From Octopus sinensis (taxonomy: Eukaryota), in assembly GCF_006345805.1 (NCBI RefSeq), contig NC_043012.1:23622001-23686000 (forward strand): DNA of 64,000 nucleotides. The letters are read 5' to 3'. The translations under genes and the position numbers were made by a program. The notes beneath the pieces were generated by a model. The model made no database searches. It was not told the origin of the DNA and was given only the letters and a program-made list of their open reading frames with translations. Each line of letters starts with the position of its first letter. Positions within the stretch are counted from its first letter, which is position 1. This document shows positions 53,659 to 64,000 of the stretch, piece by piece.

Positions 53659-54114
53659 AATTAGAAATATTAAATTTCTAAATATCTCAGAAAGATATGA
53701 GCAGTGGTGTAACAATAGAGCTGTTGTATACTGTCAACTTAACGTGACAGTCCCATAAAGGGAATCACACCACCGCTATTTAGCCCTAGGAAGCATCGAC
53801 GCGTCCTGTCAGCTTTGACACGTGTCCTGTGTCCTTATGTTTACGAAGGGGAGACAAGCACCCCCAACAGTTAGGCCTGCATCCAGAGACATGCTTGTTT
53901 CTGAGTCTTGCTCATCATCAGTCTGGAGTAGCATGGACTGCTTGCGGAAGATGCTTGTAAAGCCTCCGTAAACATATATATTTTCAGTGAAGTTTATTCA
54001 CTGATCACCAAAATTAGAAATATTAAATTTCTAAATATCTCAGAGAGATATGAGCAGTGGTGGAACGATAGAGCGGTTGTATACTGTCAAATTAACATGA
54101 CAGTCCCATAAAGG
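53659..54114 (-). mobile_element. Retrozyme- or Penelope-like non-autonomous element: 353-bp unit, 1.3 copies
   Basis: 103-bp direct repeats 53659-53761 and 54012-54114 (about 6-7 mismatches) enclosing a hammerhead. Confidence 0.65.
53878..53934 (-). ncRNA. Type I hammerhead ribozyme with intact catalytic core
   Basis: ATGCTAC-TCCAGA-CTGATGA-TGAG(CAAGA)CTCA-GAAA-CA(AGCA)TG-TC-TCTGGA-TGCA; predicted cleavage after the GUC, between 53888 and 53887. Confidence 0.85.
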
Positions 54115-55481
54115 AAGTCTGTATTAAAGAAGCAGAAAGGGTTAGTCTCATGCAGTTTGGAATGTAAAGGATTCGAGAATGGCTGAATTCCTCTTCAGAA
54201 GATACATGGATCCATGGTTTTGTTCCAGTGGCTTCCTTTTTGCTTTATCTTTTAATTTTTACTTGTTTCAGGCATTGGACTGTGGCCATGTTGGAACACT
54301 GCCTGAAAGGGGTCAAACAGATTAGCCCTAATATTTATTTTTAAGGCTGATACATATTTCATCAATTTCTTTTGCTGAACCTCTAACTTACAGGGATGTA
54401 AACAAAACAACACCAGGTGTCAAGTAGTGGTAGGGGACAAACACGCACGAGGGGGTTTCACTCACTTTCTGTCTACCAAATCCACTCACAAGGCACAGGT
54501 CAGCCTGGGGTTATACTACTAGACATTTGCCCCAGGTGTGATGCAGTGGGATTTAACCTGAAACAATGCAGTTGCAAAGTCAGCTTCTTAACATTCAATT
54601 ATATTTATGCCTATTTAAATCTAAACCAGATTTCTCTCAACATCCTTGATAATTATGAGCTTAATTAATAACAGGTCATTAAGCTCCAGCACATTATAAA
54701 ATCACAGAAATGCCAATGGAAGAAGCTTGCATGTATTAACATAATAAGAGTTAAAATGAACCAGATTCTCTCAACAAAGTGGTAAGGAGTTTGATCCCAT
54801 TGCACCGTGAACAGGTATCTCCGACCACAAACCCAGACTGACTAATGCCACCTGAACAGAATTTTGCACATAGAAACATGTGGGTATTTAAGTGTGTTTT
54901 TACTGGCATAAAAAAAAGGGTTGTATCCAAAAGACTAACTTAGTAATTAAAAAAAATAAGAATTGGATAAAAATCAAAACAAAACTAAGTACTTGTATCA
55001 ATATAACTGACAAACAAATCTTGAAGGTAGTAGCCATACTACTCCAGCATGGCCGCAGTCTTGAAACTAAAACTAATGAAAATATATGTGAATATAAGAT
55101 ACAGATCTATTCTTTCTAACGCAAAACAGCTTTTCCCATTACAAATGGTCTCCGATATTTTGAGGGGTGAATAAGAATATATCGCTCATTATAATTTATT
55201 ATTACTAATAATCTCAAGGTGATTTATTTACAAGTAATTATTTATAATAACTTCCTATGAGAAGTACCTTGTCTGTGCATATATATATATATCTTTTATT
55301 AAACTTTTAATACTTTTGATATATATTTAAAATAATATAAATTAATTAATTTTATGTATTGGCTTAAGTTTTTCATTGTTTGATTTGCCTAATAGTGGTT
55401 TTATCTCTAATTTAATATAATATATATATATATAAACCACATAGTTTGAAAGTTGTTTATCTATTAATGAATTCATGTATG

Positions 55482-55519
<38 letters not shown>

Positions 55520-55918
55520 CACATACACATGCATGTATGCACACACACACAAGCTGAAAAATAACAATACACTTAAAGAGCACATTCAATCAGTCGTGTT
55601 TTCTTATAGCGTGAATAAAAAAAAATATTCATACTGCATTCATTCATACATCAATATATATTATGCATACACAAGCACACACACACACACACACACACAC
55701 ACAACATATATATATATATATGTGTTGTACAAAAATATATATATATATGTACAAATATGTAGATATAGATATATATATATATATATATAGGTTATATATA
55801 TATATATATGCATAAATATATATATGCACAAATTATATATATAGTATATATATATATATATATATATGTACAAATACTTATATGCCTGGATTGTAAATAT
55901 ATATATATATATATATAG

Positions 55919-55951
<33 letters not shown>

Positions 55952-56489
55952 TTATATATATATATATATATATGTATATAAAATTTTTATATGTATATAT
56001 CATCATCATCATTTAGCATCTACTTTTCCATGTTTGCATGGGTCAGATAAGACTTTATTAGTTTTCTATGGCCAGATGACCTTCCTGATGCAGACGCTGA
56101 CCTGCTTCCAAATGAGGTAATAATTTCCCAGTCTAGTGAACAACAAACAACCTGGATATGTTTACGTGGCAGACTGACAACAAACAACACAGAATGGAGA
56201 TGTTTTTTTTTATTTACAAACATTGCACAATATGTCAAGTTGTGTCAAGCAGCTTGCTCGTGCTTTCATCTAGAACGGTAAGCAAATGACACGCTTTGCA
56301 AAGCCATTGTTTACAAACCATCAAGCAAACCACAAGTGAAGTCAAGAGAAATAAAAAAGCAATTCCCCACAGAAACACACGCACAATGGGTTTCTTTCAG
56401 TTTCTCTCAACCAAATTTATTCACAAGGCTTTGGTCAGCCAAAGTCTATAAAAGACACATGATCAAGGTACCATGCAGTATGAATGAGC

Positions 56490-56525
<36 letters not shown>

Positions 56526-56527
<2 letters not shown>

Positions 56528-56925
56528 TAGCATTATGACCCGGTGTTGCTGGGTCATAGTGCTAGTGCATGTATGTATGTGTACATATTACATGTACATC
56601 TATATATATACATCTACACATAAAATACAAATAGTGGAGAAGATATGATATTTATTTCTTTACTACCCACAAGGGGCTAAACACAGAGGGGACAAACAAA
56701 GGGATTAAGTCGATTATGGAGAAGATATGATATTGCTATGGGCTCGCCCTAGGCAAGAAGTTGAACATTTTTTTTTGCCCATGAAACTACATGGACCCTA
56801 AGTAAGGCATGTGTAAAATTTGAATGAAATTGGTTGTGTAGTAATGAAATTGGTTGTGTTTTAGGGAAACACACAGACAGACAGACAGACACACACACAC
56901 ACACACACTCAGTTTTATATATATG
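56526..56925 (+). mobile_element. Helentron/DINE-like non-autonomous element
   Basis: 5' hairpin ACTAGCATTATGACCC..GGGTCATAGTGCTAGT, AAATTTGAATGAAATTGG motif, (GACA)n(CA)n and TTTTATATATAT 3' end; family assignment is inference. Confidence 0.55.
56653..56716 (-). mobile_element. 5'-truncated SINE A with an 18-bp TSD
   Basis: TGGAGAAGATATGATATT at 56635-56652 and 56717-56734. Confidence 0.9.
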
Positions 56926-57954
56926 TAATAATTATTTGAGGGAATATTAATCCTATCTTACAGGGGAAAAAAATCAATTTAGAAAAATTAAAACACCTTT
57001 TATCAATTCAAAATGAACGATTAAATTACACCATCTAGAAAATAACACATATTAGAAATATTAAAATAACAATAAAATACCGATGATTAAGTAAATTGCA
57101 AAAAAATAATAAAAACGTATATAATTGGCAGAATAACGACACATGTTTCGTGGCTATAAAGAAATGGAGCGAAATACAGGTGTTACGACAGAACAAGAAA
57201 TTTTTACTGAAAACATTGCATCTAAGTGTAATAACTTGTCCTGTAATTTTTCAGGTTTATAATCTCAAGAATATTATTTTTCTTGCTCACATTTTCCCAT
57301 GTAATCCATGTTTTTTTCCAGGCTATGCTTAAATGCTAATTAATAATGTGTCAAATGTGTCAATTAGCAATGTCGTTGATAATTTTTCCCTTACATCAAC
57401 ATACACTGTTGGCATATATTAAAAGTCCCCATATAGAACTATATTCATAAAAGTGTATTGAACTATATTATCACCTACAACTTTGAGAAACAAACACTCA
57501 TAACTTTTTTTTATTTAAAAGCTTCATTGCATGAGACTGATGCCATGAAATTCCTCGAATTCAGCTCAATCATTAAAGCTTAATTGAAATATAGTTTGTT
57601 TTTAAAATTAAAAAAGTTAATAATACTTGAATTCAAGTTTTTGTCTTATATTTTTCATGATATTTTACGTCAACTTCTTTTGATACAAATTTTTGTTGCA
57701 TGTGACCGAAACTATAAAATTCTTCATGCTTTCTTTTATCATTGAAGCTAAGATAAGTATATTTTGCTTTTAAAATAAACTGCAGTTCTTGGTGGTCCAA
57801 ATCAGATATGCAATTTATGTGTCTTTTCAAAACATAGTCTGGCTTAAAAAGCCACATTAGATGCCATGATGGTTCTGAGGTGTAGGTACAGGTGGTGGTC
57901 AAATTCTGTATAAAGAGTAGACCACCACTACACATATATATATATACACATCAT

Positions 57955-58250
57955 TATCAACATCATCATTTAATGTCCATTGTCCATGCTGGCATGGGTT
58001 GAATGGTTTAACTAGACAGGCCCTCAGGAAGCCTGCACCAGGCTGCAGTCTGATTTGGCCTTATTTTCTATGGCTCGATGCCCTCCTTAACGCAAACCAC
58101 TCTGAAAGTGTAATGGGTGCTTTTACATGCCACTAACATGGGTGCCATTTGCATGACACCAGTATCTGCGACAACTGTAATTTTGTTGGCTTGATGGGTC
58201 TTCTTCTCAAGCACATCATAATGCCAAATGTCTTGGTCATTGCCCCTGTG
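57955..58250 (-). mobile_element. RTE-tail element. Other minus-strand copies at about 20604-20745, 26860-27000, 29290-29520, 33890-34120, 50250-50470, 53075-53230, 55998-56260
   Basis: (CAT)n-TTTAATGTCC..CCATGCTGGCATGGGTTG..GGATGCCCT(T/C)CCTAA. Confidence 0.8.
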
Positions 58251-58641
58251 AGGCCTAACACGTGAAAGGAACTTAGCCACTATGCCTCAATGAGGCCCAA
58301 CACTCGAAAGGAACTCAGCTACCTTGCCTCCAAGAGGCCTGCTTGAAAAGAACTCAGCCACTATGCCTCAATGAGGCCCAACACTTGAAAGGAACTCAGC
58401 ACCTTGCCTCCATGAGGCCTGCACAAAAGGAGCTCAGTCACTATGCCTCAATGAGGCCCAACACTCGAAAGGAACTCAGCACCTTGCCTCCATGAGGCCT
58501 GCTCGAAAGGAGCTCAGCCACTATGCCTCAATGAGGCCCAACACTCGAAAGGAACTCAGCTATCTTGCCTTCGTGAGGCCTGCTCGAAAGGAACTCAGCC
58601 ACTATGCCTCAATGAGGCACAACACTCAAAAGGAACTCAGC
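58242..58641. repeat. Minisatellite: 10 monomers of ~39-42 bp alternating as an ~80-bp dimer
   Basis: GAGGCCCAACACTCGAAAGGAACTCAGC(T)ACCTTGCCTCCAT alternates with GAGGCCTGCTCGAAAGGA(A/G)CTCAGCCACTATGCCTCAAT. Confidence 0.92.
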
Positions 58642-58689
58642 ATCAAACTGCAGCTGGCTATGTTGGCAAGTTGGAGTGAGCATCACTCT

Positions 58690-59672
58690 TCAGTGAAGGC
58701 CCTCATTTGAGAGGGAAAGTCTGGATTTATCAACAGGATAATGCTACAAACCGTAATACTCACAGGCCAAAGAATTTCTTCAGAACCGATAACGTCCATC
58801 TTTTGAATCATCCCCCATGTTCTCCTGACCTGAATTCCATTGAAAATCTTTGGGGACAGATGCCAAGAGTCATTTACAGAAATGGAACACAATTTGAGAT
58901 CATGGATATTCTTTGCCAGGCAGTTTTCACCTCATGGTATAACATTCCGAACAACCTCCTGCAAAAACTTGTGACGAGTATACCACAGCAAATTTTTGCA
59001 GTTATTTGCAAGAATGGTGGGGCTACTAACTATTGAGCTCCCTTGTTTAGAATTTATTCATTTTTTTTCTTTTATTTGTCATTGTCTTAAGCTTTTGACC
59101 TGGCAAAATATGGTTCATTTTTATGCAATGTGTATTTTCTGGATTAAATTTTTTTATTCTTTTCTTTTACTTGCTTCAGTAATTTAACTGTGGCCATGCT
59201 GGAGCACTGCCTTTAGTCAAACAAATTGACCTAAGGGCTTATTCTTTGTAAGCCTAGTACTTATTCTATTGGTCTCTTATACTGAACCACTAAGTTATGG
59301 GGACATAAACACACCAACATTGGTTGTCAAGTGACGGTGGGGGGACAATTACAGACACAGAAATGTTCTTTCAGTTTCCGTCTACCAAATCCACTTACAA
59401 GGCTTTGGTTGGCCTGAGGCTATAGTACAAGATACTTACTGAAGGTGCCATGCAGTGGGACTGAACACAGAACCATGTGGTTAGGAAGCAAGCTTCGTAC
59501 CACACAGCCATGTCTGTGCAAAACGCTAAACATTAAACATATCTTTAGGTTTCCTTATATTTTTTTCTTTTGCCAAAAATGAATCCACAACGAAAAATAG
59601 CCAAATATATGGTTCTGCAAGGAGTTCATTTCAGCTGTCTTTTCACTGGTCTCAAGATTTTGTCCAGCAGTG
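58690..59672 (+). mobile_element. 3' part of a Tc1/Tc3-like DD34E transposon, interrupted by a family B SINE (~59160-59515)
   Basis: WIYQQDNATNRNTHRPKNFFRTDNVHLLNHPPCSPDLNSIENLW (34 residues between D and E) ..KNGGATNY*; probable right TIR ..TTTTGTCCAGCAGTG|TA. Confidence 0.85.
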
Positions 59673-59972
59673 TATGTATGTACATATATATGTATATAAG
59701 TATATATCTTCTCTTCTAAGGGCTCAAGGCCTGAAAATCTGCGGGGAACAGGCTGGCTGATTTCAGTGACCCCAGTTGCTTCCAATGACAACACACAGAT
59801 ATTATCTCATGCTTCTTGTTTAGTGATATACACACACACATATTATTTACATATAGTAAACTCAAGGTGAGCATAGATCACACGATAATTGGTGTAATAT
59901 TACATAACCATTATTTATATTAATGAGGTGTCTGTACCCTTTGTTGTTGAAATGAACCTAATGAAGGAATAA

Positions 59973-60172
59973 AAGGCGGCGGGCTAGCAGAAACGCTAGC
60001 GCACCGGGCAAAATGCCCAGCGGTATTTCATCTGTCGATACGTCCTGAGTTCAAATTCTGCCGAGGTCAACATTGCCTTTTATCCTTTCGGGGTCGATTA
60101 AATAAGTACCTGTTACACACTGGGGTTGATATAATCGATTTAATCCATTTGTCTGTCCTTCTTTGTCCCCTA
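59973..60172 (+). mobile_element. SINE family A
   Basis: AAGGCGGCGGGCTAGCAG head and B-box. Confidence 0.88.
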
Positions 60173-60626
60173 TGCATGTAAAAAAAAAAAAAAAAAAATA
60201 TGAATAGAACTGATAGAACTGACTGGAGGACACTGATCCAATGAGTAACCGAGAGTCGACTTCGACTGAGTGGATAGATAGATAGAAGAAATAAGCGTAA
60301 CATCATCACTTCTATTCTTGGATTTCCTGTATTATACTCTGGGAGAAACAAATTCTCCTTGGAATTTCAGGAAGGGAAGGAGGATATTTTGCATATAATC
60401 ATAGACAGCAATTTAGCTTGCATCTGGCCTCATTTTGGGCATGCAGTATTGACAAATCACAAAAAAATAATGAAAAATTAATGTCTACTGCTCCAGAATG
60501 GGACCAGATGCAAGTTGTCTTGCTTGTCTATGACTTCCCGGTGTTTTAATGCCAGGTGAATTGATGAGAATATAGTCTTTTATGCCTATAAGCACAGCCT
60601 ACCCACAAACTAACAAAACACATACC

Positions 60627-60696
<70 letters not shown>

Positions 60697-61308
60697 TAGT
60701 GTTTATATCCCTCCAGCTGCTTTTAATCCATATTTGAATACACACACACACACGTTTGTGTATATGTGTTTTTGTCCCACGCAGCTTCAGAAGTAGTGTT
60801 GGTTTGTTTATATCTTGTTAACTTAGCAGTTTGGCAAAAGAGTATAAAAAATTAATACTAGACCTAAAATAAGCCCCGGCATTGATTTGTTTGACTAGCC
60901 TTAAAAGACAATGCTCCAGCATGGTTACAGTCTGAGGACTGAAAGAACTAGAAGAGTAAAACAATAAAAAATAACAGAAAGGAAGGGTGGGGGGAAAAGC
61001 CCCCCCCCCTCCCAGATAGCAAGTTTCTCTTCTTTTATTTCTTTCTTGGAGCAAAATTTTGAAAATGGACAAACAAACAAAAAGGAAGAGAAAATAATGT
61101 CATAAGTTCAAGAAAATGAGCAACTAACAACAAAAAAGAAATTAATATTCAGAATAGTTTTCTTGGATAACAACAACAACAACAACAACGATAATGATGG
61201 TAATAATAACAACGATGAGGAGGATGATAATGATGACAATTGAAATAATAACAATGCTAAGAACCTCAATAATGATAACAATAATAACAAACAAGTATTT
61301 AAATAAAA

Positions 61309-61350
<42 letters not shown>

Positions 61351-61558
61351 ATACACACACACACATGCCTGTGTATGCATATATAGATATATAACAGACA
61401 TACATATAGATATGTGGGTGTGAATGTGTATACCTATATGTAAGTGTGTATGTATGTATATATATGTATGTATATATACATACATATATATATATATATG
61501 TATGTATATATATATATATATATTATATATATGTATATATATATATATAATATATATA

Positions 61559-61593
<35 letters not shown>

Positions 61594-61602
61594 ACATGTA
61601 TG

Positions 61603-61677
<75 letters not shown>

Positions 61678-62007
61678 TATGTATGTATATATATATGTAT
61701 GTATGTATATATAATGCCAATCAATCAATCAATTGACTCAGCCAGAACAAATTCTTCACTCCAACCAATGCTTGACAGTTGTGAGGAACGGAAAAATATA
61801 AACAGAATCTTTTCCACCACCACCACCATCATTTTCTTCTCCCCTCCCGCTCTTTCCCCCCCCATGTTTCAAACCCCTTATCAAACCTACCTCCCACTCT
61901 CAGACCCACCGTACACCTCCCCCCCTGCCTCTCTCTCTCTCTCTCTCATTATTAATACTTGTCACCTGTAATGTCCATGTATTAACCTCATAAAATATCA
62001 CATACAT

Positions 62008-62025
62008 CGTCACGGCTGATTGGTC
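62008..62025. promoter_or_regulatory. Possible promoter element: CGTCA half-CRE next to an NF-Y-type CTGATTGGTC box
   Basis: Motif match only, in a non-repetitive patch with nearby splice donors on both strands. Confidence 0.25.
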
Positions 62026-63212
62026 AGTTTTAGTGGCTCAGCAATAGCATCTTTCTCTTAACAGGCCACAGCACAGTAGGACAGGGCCAGGGCCAGGTAG
62101 GTGCGTGTGTGTGTGTGTGCAGGGGAGAGAATTGAAGCAGGCAGGAAGGAAGGGTTTGACAATAAGATGGTATTTGAATACATCACAGCAGAAAACTAGA
62201 CACACACACACACACACACACAACACACACACACACAAGCATGTGTTAAAACAATAACCACATCTCCTGTTAAAATGAAGCATCGGGGGGGGGGCTTTTA
62301 ACAAACAAGGGACCAACAACAAAAAGGTCGACAAAAAGGTGAGAGAAAAAAAAACTTGTTTGGGTCAAAGCATATTATAGATCATCATTGAGGGCCCTCT
62401 CTATTTAAAAGCTGCAGATTAGATGAAGTGGTGGTGGTGGTGGTGGTGGTGGTGTGGAGGGGCAAGAAGGGAAGAAGAAGAGAAATGAAACAAGGAGCTT
62501 TTTACTTTCTTTCTTTTTCTTTTTTTTTGATTGGAAAAGTCAGGAATGAAAATAACATTGAGAAGAGGGGAGTGAAAAATAATAAACATCTGGTGGGAAT
62601 GAGAAAAATGTTCATCACAGTTACCCACAAAACAATGGCTGCAACAACAACAACAACAACAGGCAGAGCAACTATCACAACAACAACAAAAGTAATCACA
62701 ACAAACCGGAGCAACAATATCTCTGCTGAACTATTCAAGGGTGACGTAGTTACCGAGTCAGATCAATATAATGATGCGATGTGATGCACACCACTGTTGT
62801 AGTTGCTGCTGCTCATGATGATGATGATATGATGATGATGATGATGATGATGGCATCAGTAAGTCTCATTGGAGTCAGGAAATTTTTCTCATTCCTGATA
62901 TTCTTGGTATTAGATTTATAATGGAACAAAACAGAAAATGATGGTTGCGAAGGTAGTTGCAGGGGTGGTGGCGGTGGTGGTGGTGGTGGTGTCGGTAGTA
63001 GTAGTGATGGTGGTGGCAGAAGTGGTGGTGGAGGTGTTAGTAGTGGTGGTGGTGGCAGAAGTGGTGGTGGAGGTGTTAGTAGTGGTGGTGGTGGTGGTCA
63101 TGGTTGGAAGTAATAACAGAGCACCAGACTAAGTTCTTTTTGATATGGAGTTACGTCCCTGTATGAGCTATGTTCGAATCCTGCCGAGGTTAATTTTCCC
63201 TCTCAGTGCTCT

Positions 63213-63632
63213 AGGTGCAGTCGTGGCTGTGTGGTAAGAAGTTTGCTTCCCAACCACATGGTTCCGGGTTCTGTCCCACTGCGTGGAACCTTGGACAAAT
63301 GTCTTCTACTATAGCCTTGTTCTGACCAATTCCTTGTCAGTGGATTTGGAAGATACAAACTGAAGAGTATGTATCTGTATGTATTAATATCTATATATGT
63401 GTGTGTGTGTGTGTATCTTTGTGTCAGTGTGTCTCTCACCATTGCCTGCCAACCAGTGTTGGTGTGTTTATGTCCCCATAACTTAGCAGTTCAACAAAAC
63501 AAACTAATAGAATCAGTAGCAGTATTAAAACAAAAAAATAAGTTCTGGGGTTGATTCATTTGATTAAAAATTTTTTCAAGGCGTTGCTCCAACATGATCT
63601 CAGTCCAATGATTGAAACAAGTAAAAGGTAAA
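63213..63632 (+). mobile_element. CORE-type SINE family B
   Basis: Head, CORE-like segment, microsatellite and 3' half present. Confidence 0.85.
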
Positions 63633-63650
63633 AGATATATCTTTATATTC

Positions 63651-63694
<44 letters not shown>

Positions 63695-63744
63695 AACATA
63701 AACACACACACATATATATAAATATAAAGGTATATCTTTATACT

Positions 63745-64000
63745 CTCTTTCTTTTACTTGTTTCAGTCATTTGACTGTGGCCATGCTGGAGCACCGCCTT
63801 TAGTCAATCAAATCGACCCCGGAACTTATTCTTTGTAAGCCCAGTACTTATTCTATCGGTCTTTTTTGCCGAACCGCTAAGTAGCGGGGACGTAGACACA
63901 CCAGCATCGGTTGTCAAGCAATGCTAGGGGGACAAACACAGACACACAAACACACGTATATATATACATATACATATATACGACAGGCTTCTTTCAGTTT
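63745..64000 (-). mobile_element. CORE-type SINE family B (runs off the window)
   Basis: Young copy of the 3' half plus linker. Confidence 0.88.

Overview
AT-rich, repeat-saturated eukaryotic genomic DNA, with no prokaryotic or CRISPR features. The repeat content points to an octopod cephalopod (Octopus-like); this is inferred from dense (AT)n/(CA)n microsatellites, three tRNA-headed SINE families (one with a CORE-like domain) and RTE LINEs with (ATG)n tails. Most ORFs in the supplied track are microsatellite or low-complexity artefacts. Supported content: (1) a young 5'-truncated RTE LINE (15975-18303) with a PHD-like finger inside its RT and a tandemly amplified stem-loop 3'UTR, plus older RTE/CR1 remnants; (2) two dead Tc1/mariner elements, one DD36E and one DD34E; (3) several MITEs, including a 5-copy piggyBac-type array; (4) dozens of SINE copies; (5) four type I hammerhead-ribozyme motifs of the Penelope/retrozyme kind. 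One has an intact core inside a 353-bp 1.3-mer tandem unit (53659-54114) and is the best candidate for an active non-coding system; (6) hand-called, low-to-moderate-confidence exons on the minus strand forming phase-consistent chains, including a 15-nt microexon. I could not assign these exons to a known gene.
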